NCBI GenBank assembly: GCA_964016885.1
Contig: OZ024763.1
Span: 18,724,001-18,788,000, forward strand
Direction: 5' to 3'
Origin: Eledone cirrhosa
Lineage: Eukaryota
DNA length: 64,000 bases
Shown here: positions 53,086-64,000 of the stretch, piece by piece
Layout: each line of letters begins with the position of its first letter
Position numbering within the stretch: position 1 is the stretch's first letter
Program-made: the position numbers and the translations under genes
Notes under the pieces: generated by a model
What the model was told of the DNA's origin: nothing
Database searches by the model: none
The model's input: only the letters and a program-made list of their open reading frames with translations

Positions 53086-54469
53086 TGATAGGGACTGGGG
53101 TCCCTATCATTCCACTGCAAAGTGGTCGTGGAGGTGCCACAGCAAAAAAGCACTCAGCACTCACTGTAAAGTGGACGTGTAGGTGCCACGGAAAAAAAAG
53201 CACCCAGCACTCACTGTAAATGAGGTTGGTGTTAGGAAGGGCATCCAGCTGTAGAAATCAAGCCAGAATCAGTTCCCGTCCCACCCTTGCAAGCAGGGAA
53301 AAGCGGACGTAAAATGATGATGATGATGATGATGATGATGATACATATTACTCTGGAATTGTTGCTAATACAGTTTTAGCTACAGATAATAATTGGTATA
53401 TTGTTACAAATTTTTCTCTAATTATGCTTTTCTTAAACGTAATTTCTGTTTTGTTGGTGTCAGGTGATTGTTAATATGATGTAAACTATAGATAATAACA
53501 TATATCATTGCTATTTTATTACTCCTGTAGGAGACATAGGGGCGCTATATCGACATACTGTGTTTCTAGGGGATTTTTAAAAACCCGGCAGAGCCCATTT
53601 CCTCTCCATGTCTGAACACAGAAGATTTCTTCTAGAGAAAGATAAAGATAGAGAGGGTGATGGAACGGAAGTGAGGAAGGGATCTAGAGGAAGAATAGAC
53701 CCCAGTACTTGACTGGTATTATATTTATTTGTATGTATGGTCTTGTAACTCCTGGTGGAATCGTAGAGGTGCCATGTTGACATACTGTGTTTCTAGGGCA
53801 TTTTAAAACCTGGCGGAGCCCATCTTCCTTTCCATGTCTGAACACAGCAGATTTCTTCCAGAGAATGATGGAGAGAGTGAGGGAACAGTAGTGAGAAAGA
53901 GATCTAGAGGAAGAATTGACCCCAGTATTTGACTGGTATCGTTTTAATTGATCTCAAATGGATGATAGGCAAAGTTGGCCTTAATTTTATTAAAATATAT
54001 ATAACGCCACATCCCACTCCTCACCCATGTCCCCACATCCCACCCTTCACCAGATATGTTCCCCATATAATGTCCAGTCTACACTGTAAAGTGGTCGTGT
54101 AGATTTCACTACAAAAAGCACCCAGTTCACATTGTAAATGTGGTTGCTGTAGAAACCAAGCTAGAAACAGTTATGTATAAGCAAGTCACAGTCATCTGAT
54201 CTGACTTGTCTCTAAGGGGCAACTCTTCTAACCCATGCTAGCATCGTGAAATGGATGTTAAACGGTGATGATAACATTTTACATACACTGAAATTCACAG
54301 AGTATTAAAAAAAATTCATTGTAACGAAAAATTCTTTATAACAAGATCAAACTAAGACATCAAGCTTGTGGCTGGGGATTGAAAAACATTTCGTTATAAT
54401 GGAATTTTACCTGTATTACAATATATTCCACTTATAATATAGTCTTGGTATTCTAAAAGTTAAGAATAA

Positions 54470-55340
54470 AGTCTGTCTCAAGTTCGGAGGCTCATCAGGC
54501 CGGTGTTTATTCCACCTTCTGTGGCATGAAGTGACTGAGAATACAAGACTCCCCCCTGGATAGGACACCAGTCCATCACAGGGTTAAAGTTTCTCTCAAG
54601 CCCAGGGGATCATCAGGCTGGTGTTTATTCCACCTTCTGTGGCATGAAGTGACTGAGAGTACAAGACTCCCCCCTGGATAGGACACCAGTCCATCACAGG
54701 GTTAAAGTCTCTCTCAAGCCCAGGGGATCATCAGGCTGGTGTTTATTCCACCTTCTGTGGCATGAAGTGACTGAGAGTACAAGACTCCCCCCTGGATAGG
54801 ACACCAGTCCATCACAGGGTTAAAGTCTCTCTCAAGACGAGGGGATCATCAGGCTGGTGTTTATTCCAGCTTCTGTGGTGTAAAGTGACTGAGAGTACAA
54901 GACTCCCCCCTGGATAGGACGCCAGTCCATCACAGTGTTAAAGTCAGTCTTAAGCCTTGAAGCTCATCACGCAGTGCTTATCCCAGTTTTTGTGGCATGA
55001 AGCATCTGAGAGTAGAGGATTCCACCTGGATAGGACACCAGTCCATCACAGGGTTAAAGTCTCTCTCAAGCCCCGGAGGCTCATCAGCTCAGTGCTTATT
55101 GTGGTTTCTGTAGTGTGAAGCAACTGAGAGTACAAGACTTGCCACTGGACCGGATACCAGTCCATCACAGGGTTAAACTCCCCCAGCTATTGCTGGTACT
55201 CATCTTCAGTTGAGTATAGTGGAGCAACATGAAATGAAATGTTTTGCTCAAGAACACAACACACAACCGAGTCCAGGAATTAAACCCATCACATTACGAT
55301 CACAAGCCCAACACCCTTACCACTAGGCCACATGCCTCCA
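54470..55340 (-). repeat. SINE copy with its 3' ~118-bp segment tandemly amplified ~6x
   Basis: Unit ...GAGTACAAGACTCCCCCCTGGATAGGACACCAGTCCATCACAGGGTTAAAG is the reverse complement of the 3' half of the 34716 SINE; head at 55200-55340. Confidence 0.8.
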
Positions 55341-55540
55341 CATTCCCATTATATATTCTTGATATTCTAACTCTTAATAAAATTCTCTGTTTTTCATTCT
55401 AAGTTAACTCTTAGCATCCTGTAATGATTTGGCAGAAAATATCTTTCAAAAGTGATTCCATAATTCAAATGTTTGTAGTCTCTTTATTTGTGAACAGATT
55501 GTTGTGAATATTTTGGCAGTATTAGGATAAAGTTTTTTAA

Positions 55541-55761
55541 CCCTTTCGCATTTACATTACCCTATATTTACTATTGTATTTTTGCAGTAAAGGTTTTATC
55601 CCACATAATTATCTCACATAATATCAAATCTATGAGATTTTGATATTATTTATTTTGAGAACAATACCTTAACATTAGTATGAGTGGCCAGTTATGGCCA
55701 GTTTGAACAGAAAGAGGTGAGAGAATTTTGACTGGATATGGCTGGTTTAAATGCTAAAGGG
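55541..55761. mobile_element. piggyBac-type MITE
   Basis: TTAA|CCCTTT...TAAATGCTAAAGGG|TTAA. Confidence 0.72.
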
Positions 55762-56394
55762 TTAAGATAAATTTTTCATATGATGCCATCACATTGAAGT
55801 GTTGTGCTGTTCTGTGGTTTTACACAGTACGGTATGGTACAGGATGTTAAGAGTTAAATAAAGTGTGGAGGGACAGGGTTTATAAGATATTATTGGCTGG
55901 TTTATGACAGAAGTGAAAAATATGCAACACCAATTGAAATATAATGAATTAAATTGGAAAGAAAAAAGGTTTATGTAAATTTTAATGATCTTTTATCTCC
56001 TATAATCAGTTTATTACAAATGTTTTGTGTGAATTTTATGTAATTTTATGTAAATTTATGTAAATTTAATTCATCTTTTACCTACTATAATAAATGATTT
56101 ACAAATTATATGTAAATTTATGTAAATTTTATTGATTCTTTACTTCATAAAATCAATGTATTACAAATGTTCACAGCGATTTTTGTTTGGTTAGTGATCT
56201 GATGACCCCATGTGTAGAAAAACTATCGCTACATGTTACATATCAACACCCAGGCAGTTTCTAACTCTCTTTCTTAATCCCCCCTGCCTTCCTCCCCCCA
56301 TCCTTTATGGTCGTGGGTCTAAGTCCCTAATCACTTGGCCACATACCTTCTTCACTACTCCCTCATATAATTACAAACCATACAAATAAAAACA

Positions 56395-58200
56395 TCCACC
56401 CCTATTTATGGGATTACTGTATATTACTTGAATATAATCCACTCCTAATTTATGAGATTACTGTATATACTTGAAAATAAGTAACCCCGTATTTGATGGG
56501 ATTACTATATATACTTGAATATAAGTTGACCCCCTAATTTATGGGAATACTGTATATACTCAAATATAATCCACGCCTAATTTATGGAAATAATGTATGT
56601 ACTTAAATATAACTATTTTATGGGATTACTGTATATACTCGAATATAAGCTGACCCTATTTTATGGAATTACCGTATATACATGAATATAAGTATCCCCC
56701 TTATTTTATGAGATTACTGTATATACTTGAATATAAGTAACCCCATATTTATGGGATTACTGTATATACTCGAATATAATCCACACCTAATTTATGGAAA
56801 TAATGTATATACTTAAATATAAGTAACCCTCTATTTTATGGGATTACTGTATATACTTGAATATAAGAAACCCCATATTTATGGGATTACTGTATATACT
56901 TGAATATAAGTAACCCCATATTTATGGGATTACTGTATATACTCGAATATAATCCACACCTAATTCATGGAAATAATGTATATACTTAAATATAAGTAAC
57001 CCTCTATTTTATGGGATTACTGTATATACTTGAATATAAGTAACCCCATATTTTATGGGATTACTGTATATACTTGAATATAAGTATCCCCATATTTATG
57101 GGATTACTGTATATACTTGAATATAAGTAACCCCATATTTATGGGATTACTGTATATACTCGAATATAATCCACACCTAATTCATGGAAATAATGTATAT
57201 ACTTAAATATAAGTAACCCTCTATTTTATGGGATTACTGTATATACTTGAATATAAGTAACCCTCTATTTTATGGGATTACTGTATATACTTGAATATAA
57301 GTAACCCCATATTTTATGGGATTACTGTATATACTTGAATATAAGTAACCCCATATTTATGGGATTACTGTATATACTCGAATATAATCCACACCTAATT
57401 CATGGAAATAATGTATATACTTAAATATAAGTAACCCTCTATTTTATGGGATTACTGTATATACTTGAATATAAGTAACCCTCTATTTTATGGGATTACT
57501 GTATATACTTGAATATAAGTAACCCCATATTTATGGGATTACTGTATATACTTGAATATAAGTAACCTCCTATTTTATTGAATTACTGTATATACTTGAA
57601 TATAAGTCGGCCCCTATTTTATGGGATTACTATATATACTTGAATATAAGTAACCCCCTATTTTATCGAATTACTGTATATACTTGAATATAAGCCGGCC
57701 CCCTATTTTATGGGATTACTGTGTATATTGAATATAACCTGACCCCTTTTTTATGGGATTACCATATATACTCGAATATAATCCGCCTCCCTCCTACTTT
57801 ATGTCTGAGAAATAGGCGAAAATCCAAACCCCGTTTATAAACTGAGGCAGCTAATCAACACACTGTTAAGGTGGTATATATAAGCCAATCCACCATTTTA
57901 CCATCAAGGGGTAGTTTATAATCAAGTATATGCGGTAATCCCATAAAATAGGGAGTAACTTATATTCAAGTATATGCGGTAATCCCATAAAATAGGGAGT
58001 AACTTATATTCAAGTATATGCGGTAATCCCATAAAATAGGGGCAGTTTATATTCAAGTATATGCGGTAATCTCATAAAATAGGGAGTAACTTATATTCAA
58101 GTATATGCGGTAATCCCATAAAATAGGGAGTAACTTATATTCAAGTATATGCGGTAATCCCATAAAATAGGGAGTAACTTATATTCAAGTATATGCGGTA
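56395..58200. mobile_element. Foldback-like element: two opposed tandem arrays of a ~43-bp TIR-like unit
   Basis: Forward array TTATGGGATTACTGTATATACTTGAATATAAGTAACCCC (56395-57785), short spacer, reverse-complement array (57920-58200) ending ATGCGGTA. Confidence 0.65.
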
Positions 58201-58324
58201 TATATTTTGAATCTGATGCCGAAAATGTCTGTAAACCGTCAGACACACAGACAGACATAAAATTATGAAAAAAATACAGAGAAAAATATTGTCTTTTGTA
58301 TTATGTTTGTTGGTTTGTTTTCAG

Positions 58325-58411
58325 GCTTATTATCTGGTGATGTGGAGTCCTTCATCAACAGCAAAGACCGTGCACCTCCATTGCCTCCGAGGGACAGATT
58401 GTATGCTGGAG
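58325..58411 (+). CDS. Coding exon (GLLSGDVESFINSKDRAPPLPPRDRLYAG) of the same gene
   Basis: tttgttttcAG acceptor; PPLPPR SH3-binding motif; G|GTGATA donor keeps phase 1 (87 bp). The donor position is less certain. Confidence 0.7.
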
Positions 58412-58964
58412 GTGATAGATCAGCACATACGGTGGTTACCACTACCACCAACACTACCACATTCCACTCTCACCACCACTATACCACACTCCACTCACAC
58501 CACACTCAATTCAGTCTCAGTGACACACTCCACTCACACCACACAATGCTCCACTCACACAACACCACACTCCATCACACTACACCACACACTGTTCCAC
58601 TCACACAACACCACACTCCATCACACCACACCACACCACACTCCACCACACCACATTCCACTCACACCACACAATGCTCCACACACACCACACTCCACTC
58701 ACACCACACTACACCACACAACCTCCACCAGTCTTTATCAGATGGTATCACACAATTTCTATAACTCCCTGAAAACCAACAACAGAGCTAGCCTCTATGT
58801 GGTAACTCTACCTGCTGGAAATAGCAGCAAAGCCTCCCTGAAATCTCACCCATACACTTATATATTATTTTCTTCCACTATAATATATACATATTGCTCC
58901 AGTTTCCCACCAAAGACACAAAATGCTGCCTTTTTTCCCCATGTATAACTTCTTCTTCAGCCTT

Positions 58965-59248
58965 CTGTTAGAATGTTTTGGCCTGAAAAGATCTCCATTG
59001 AGGAATTGCTAGGTAGATGCCAACAGGAGAATATGTCAGCAATCCTTCTCAGAAGAAGATGGAAGTAGATAGGGCATGTTGTCAGAAGAGGGCAAGATAG
59101 CAACTGTCCAAGAACAGCCCCTCACTGGACACCGGAAGGCCAAAAAACACCTGTCACAGATCAGTTGAGGGAGAGATGAAGACCTGGCTACATATATGGG
59201 GTCCAGAACAGACAGGCTGGAGTACCTTCATTGCTGCCCTACATGCTT
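58965..59248 (+). mobile_element. Degenerate RTE-like LINE 3' fragment
   Basis: RMFWPEKISIEELL...ILLRRRWK*IGHVVRR...HWTPEG motifs. Confidence 0.6.
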
Positions 59249-61650
59249 CGTAGCATAGAGTTACGACCCTTTACATACTGAATTCAAATCCCGCTGCAGT
59301 CAGCTTCGTCTTTCATCCTTACTGGGGTTGATAAAATAAAAAGCACCAGTAATGCACTGGGGTCGATTTAATTGACTTTTTCCTCCACCAAAATTGCTGG
59401 CTTTGTGCCAAAAAGTACCAGTAATGTACTGGGTAATTGCTGGCCTTATGCCAAAAGTAGAAACAATTATTATGGTGGATTGGTAGTATCGTTAGAGGGT
59501 TGGACACCATGCTTTGCAGCATGGAGTTACGTCCCTTTACGGTCTGAGTTCAAATCCCGCCGAGGTTAACTTTACCTTTCATCCTTACGGGGACGATAAA
59601 ATAAAGTACCAGTAATGCACTGGGATAATTGCTGGCCTTGTGCCTAAAATAGAAACAATTATTTTATGTGGCAAGAATGGCCCGCGTGAATGGGCCGCCT
59701 ACTCTGAGTATGTGCCTGTAGGCTGGTTAACTTGAGAAGGAGAGGGATGCCCTTCCCGGGGGCCTTCAAAGCGTTGGGCATTTCAGGATTGCTGGGGTAC
59801 CTGAGACGCCCCTGGGTGGTTCACTCCCCCCCCCCCCCCCGCATTGGGGAATTTATTTATTTTGTTATATTTTTATTTATATTTTATTTTTATTTATATT
59901 TTAATTTTATATTAATTTTAATTTTATATTTTTTCATTGTTAAATTGATTTTGTTATGTATTTTCACTCAATTTTATTATAACCCCCGCCCCCCACTGTC
60001 CCTGTCTTGGTATTGTTCCCTACATGTTGGCCCTTGAGGCCAATAAATGAAACCATTATTATTCGGTGGATTGGCAGTATCGGTAGAGGGTCGGACGCCA
60101 TGCTTTCCAGCATAGAGTTACGGCCCTTTCCAATCTGAGTTCAAATCCCGCCGAGGTTAACTTTGTCTTTCATCCTTACAGGGGTCGATAAAATAAAGTA
60201 CCAGTAATGCGCTGGGTATTTGCTGGTAGAAACAATTATTATTAATTACAATTATTGGTGATGACAGTGGGAGTTTGGCCGTTCTTACTGGGCTGCTTGG
60301 ACACTAGGTTGATGTAGTATAGTATAGAATACGTTACATTGAATGTCCTATTACAATTATCGGTGGATTGGCAGTATCGGTAGAGGGTCGGACGCCATGC
60401 TTTCCAGCATAGTTACGTCCCTTTACGGTCTGAGTTCAAATCCCGCCGAGGTTGACTTTGCCTTTCATCCTTACGGGGTCGATAAAATAAAGTACCAGTA
60501 ATGCACTGGATAATTGCTGGCCTTGTGCCTAAAGTAGAAACAATTATTATTATTATTAATAATTGGCAGTATCGGTAGAGGGTCGGACGCCATGCTTTCC
60601 AGCATAGTTACGTCCCTTTAAGGTCTGAGTTCAAATCCCGCCGAGCTTAACTTTGCCTTTTATCCTTACGAGGTCGATAAAATAAAGTGCCAGTAATGCA
60701 CTGGGTATTTGCTGGTAGAAACAATTATTATTAATTACAATTATTGGTGATGACAGTGGGAGTTTGGTCGTTCTTACTGGGCTGCTTGGACACTAGGTTG
60801 ATGTAGTATTAGTATAGAATACATTACATTGAATGTCCTATTACAATTATTGGTGATGACAGTGGGAGTTTGGCCGTTCTTACTGGGCTGCTTGGACACT
60901 AGGTTGATGTAGTATTAGTATAGAATACATTACATTGAATGTCCTATTACAATTATCATTATTATTAATATGCTTTCCAGCATAGTTACGTCCCTTTACG
61001 ATCTGAGTTCAAATCCCGCCGAGGTTGACTTTGCCTTTCATCCTTACGGGGTCGATAAAATAAAGTACCAGTAATGCACTGGATAATTGCTGGCCTTGTG
61101 CCTAAAGAAGAAACAATTATTATTAATTAGCCAGTTTGTTGGAAGATGGGTGAGAGAGGCAAGAATGGCCCGTGTGAATGGACCTGCTCTGAGCGTGTGC
61201 CTGTAGCATTGTAGGAGGAAAACTGGAAGAGGGCACTTGCCCTAGCGGTCAGGGTAACCCTCGGAGGTCCCCCCCACCCCCCCAAAAAAATATTGGGGAA
61301 TTTTTCATTGTTTCTTTTTTTGTTACATCCTTTGTTTTTATTTATTTTACATGCAGAAATACCCATTTGAACTGTCCTGTGCTGTCCTTTATACTTTGTG
61401 TCAACCCTTGTAGTTAATAAAGAAAACATTATTATTATTATTATTGTTATTATTATTAGGGTGGTGGATTGGCAGTATCGGTAGAGGGTTGGACGCCATG
61501 CTTTGACGCATAGAGTTACGGCCCTTGCCATTCTCAGTTCAAATCCCGCCGAGGTTAACTTTGTCTTTCATCCTTACAGGGGTCGATAAAATAAAGTACC
61601 AGTAATACACTGGGTAATTGCTGGCCTTGTGCCAAAAGTAGAAACAATTA
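59240..61650 (+). mobile_element. Dense head-to-tail cluster of ~7 SINEs with duplicated flanks
   Basis: Copies at ~59240, 59473, 60064, 60360, 60560, 60970, 61457; spacer GGTGATGACAGTGGGAGTTTGG...GAATGTCC repeated 3 times. Confidence 0.85.
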
Positions 61651-61722
61651 TTATTATTAATTACAATTATTATTATTAATTAATTAATTAATTAATTATT
61701 TATTTATTTCCCGCCCCTCAAG

Positions 61723-61913
61723 ACAAATCAAGCAACCCAGTCCGGGGACCAGTACCACCACCACCACCACCATCACCACCACCACCACCACCACCACCAG
61801 AGGTAAAGTTGGACAAAGCTGAACTAGAATCTCATGTTGTTGGCTTACAGAGTGACCCGGTTCCATCTGTGACCACCACATCTGATACTATAGAAACAGA
61901 AGACTCTGATAAG
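61723..61913 (+). CDS. Proline-rich coding exon (DKSSNPVRGPVPPPPPPSPPPPPPPPEVKLDKAELESHVVGLQSDPVPSVTTTSDTIETEDSDK)
   Basis: Pyrimidine tract + cAAG acceptor in phase 1, open frame, AAG|GTTTGT donor. An alternative in-frame donor GAG|GTAAAG follows 61802. Confidence 0.65.
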
Positions 61914-62229
61914 GTTTGTATTATCTATTGTCTTATATATACACCCTACCTATATATATACACACCCTACCTATATATATACACACACCCTACCTATATA
62001 TATATATATATATACACCCTACCTATATATATATACACCCTACCTATATATATATATATATATACTTTATACACCCTATAATCTTTTATACTATATATTT
62101 TGTATATATGTGAGTGTATATGTAGGTATGTATGTATATGTGTGTGTGTATGTATTTACGTGTGTATATGTAAATATGTATGCATATGTATGTTTGAATA
62201 TATGTATGTGTGTATGTATGTATGTTTGA

Positions 62230-64000
62230 ATTGTATGTTCTTCTGGTTTTATAATTTCACAAAGTTTTACCAATAGAGAGAGAGTTGGTTTCTAACACAG
62301 ACACAAGACTCTCACATTGGAATTTACACAACATCAACTAGGTAGATATGTATGTATGTCTGCATACATGCATGTGTAGATATGGATGTTATTGTATGTG
62401 TGGCTGTGTATGTTTTGAGTTGTATGTGTGCATGTGTATATGCTTTGTATCTGTACATGTGTATATGCAGTTATTAGATGCAAATTTTTTGGAATGTTTT
62501 ACATATTTTTACTGTTCCATTAATGGATTGTACTTGTAATTTCCTAACTAGTTGTGTTCTTTCTGTTCCTGTGAAGCCTAGCTTCTCAAGATTTGTATTG
62601 AGGCAGTTACTAACATATCCCAGTGCCCCAATAATCACAGGCATAAATCTGAAGGTGTAATCAGGGTGGAGTATCTGCAGATTTCTCATCAGTTCTGCAT
62701 AAATATTCTCCTTTTCACTAATCTTTGATATTATATTGGCATCTGCTGGGCAGCTAATTTCCACTGCTGTGCATGTTTTCTTCTCCCTGTCCCATATCAT
62801 AATATCTGGTCTGTTATGCCTGCATTTTATTGGGGTTTTTACTGGAACATTCCACCAGTACTCTTTCATATTATGTACATAGATGTCTTCCACATTGTTG
62901 TAGCTTTTAATGTGTTTATTATCGGGGCTATCTTTTTTACGAACTGCATTGTACAGTGTTTTAGCCACTACATCATGCCTCATAGGTAGATAGTACCGCG
63001 ATGATATCTTTGGGCAGCTGCTGATGACATGGGTGATATCCTCGATGTTAGTTCTGCAGAGTCTGCACTTGTTATCACATCTAGGTGTTTTGCCTGCATC
63101 CCTATCTCTTTTGTGAATCAGGTATTTTGTACTAATCTCCTGTTCTTGGATTGCAAAAGCGTATCCTTCAAAGTGGGAGCCAATATAGCGGTTGTTGGTC
63201 CAAGATAGACTACTTTCCTTATCTATATTACTCTCACTCTGGAGCTTCCTGGCAACATATCCATGCATGATTTTTTGCTGATAGGCATGCAGTTTTTCAT
63301 CCATGGATTCACTGCGATACTGCTGAGCGACATCCCTGGGTGTGAGTTTTTGATTATCACACAGGGAATATCTCTCGAGGAGTTCCTTCCCAACTCTCAT
63401 GATCTTATCTGTTTCATGCAGATAGACTTGCTCGAGAAGCGGGCTCCTACGCTTCGAGGTTCGTAGATGTTGTCGGAGAGATATGATGCGACATTCAAAT
63501 GTTGTCTGGACTGATGTTAGGCCTCTGCCTCCCTGCTTACGTTTCAAGTAAAGGCGGTCTATGTCACTGTTGATGTGGAAGTTTCCGGTGTTGTTCAGTA
63601 TTTTTCGAGTTCCAACATCAACTGCTCGGATTTCGTCTATCGTCCACTTGAGTATTCCAAATGTTGGTGTTAGGACAGGCACAGCAAACACATTGTGAGC
63701 AACTGTTTTGTTTTGCGCAGAGAGTTCCGATGACCAGATCTTTCTTAATCGGGTGTAGTATTCCCTGGTTACACGTTCTTTATTACAGATACCATTATAG
63801 GATATGTTCTCATCTATCCCCAGGTATGGTATCTGTAGCAGTCCTCATCAGATATCGGTGAAACAGTTAGACCATTGATGACAATGTTGCTAGATTGGGT
63901 TGTTGTTTTTCCCCGCTTTACAGTCATGTATGAGCATTTATCTTGGCCAAACTCCATTCCTATATCCTTTGAGAACGTTGTAACCAGGTCAAGATTTTTC
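62230..64000 (-). mobile_element. R4/Dong-like non-LTR retrotransposon (RT C-terminus + CCHC knuckle + restriction-like endonuclease), continues beyond window
   Basis: FSKDIGMEFGQDKC and YRYLG-like RT end with a ~5-bp duplication frameshift near 63826; CRLC...HVISSC, RHD, RPD...E..CP...K..Y RLE motifs; 3' end abuts (CATA)n. Confidence 0.85.
62474..63691 (-). CDS. C-terminal 405-aa part of RT-RLE polyprotein (pseudogenised)
   Basis: ORF track; RLYLKRKQGGRGL, CCHC zinc knuckle, PD-(D/E)xK nuclease. Confidence 0.8.
   Translation of the reverse strand: MFAVPVLTPTFGILKWTIDEIRAVDVGTRKILNNTGNFHINSDIDRLYLKRKQGGRGLTSVQTTFECRIISLRQHLRTSKRRSPLLEQVYLHETDKIMRVGKELLERYSLCDNQKLTPRDVAQQYRSESMDEKLHAYQQKIMHGYVARKLQSESNIDKESSLSWTNNRYIGSHFEGYAFAIQEQEISTKYLIHKRDRDAGKTPRCDNKCRLCRTNIEDITHVISSCPKISSRYYLPMRHDVVAKTLYNAVRKKDSPDNKHIKSYNNVEDIYVHNMKEYWWNVPVKTPIKCRHNRPDIMIWDREKKTCTAVEISCPADANIISKISEKENIYAELMRNLQILHPDYTFRFMPVIIGALGYVSNCLNTNLEKLGFTGTERTQLVRKLQVQSINGTVKICKTFQKICI

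Noticed and set aside
56395-57785. CRISPR-like array
   Set aside because: Contiguous monomers without unique spacers, no cas genes, eukaryotic context.

Overview
Eukaryotic, extremely repeat-rich genomic DNA. The SINE/LINE complement and microsatellite load suggest an octopod cephalopod (inference, not checked). Almost all long ORFs in the track are read-through of simple repeats. The window holds the 5' part of one plus-strand, long-intron gene for a SKAP2/AFAP1-like adaptor: phase-consistent exons at 43990, 50854, 58325 and 61723, and a probable start exon at 26631. It also holds a DD37D (maT-type) mariner relic with a nested RTE LINE (RT + PHD-like finger), other RTE fragments, an R4/Dong-like RT-RLE retrotransposon running off the right edge, non-autonomous Helitrons, piggyBac- and Tc1/mariner-type MITEs, and many tRNA-derived SINEs and minisatellites. 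The most striking unannotated signal is a set of about 13 sequence-diverse type I hammerhead ribozyme motifs, some intact and some degenerate. They lie on both strands within (TA)n tracts, and several sit inside near-perfect 170-530 bp palindromes carrying a sense and an antisense copy. One has a compensated U3-A8 catalytic core. This matches Penelope-like element pLTR relics or a non-autonomous ribozyme-bearing retroelement population within the host gene's introns.
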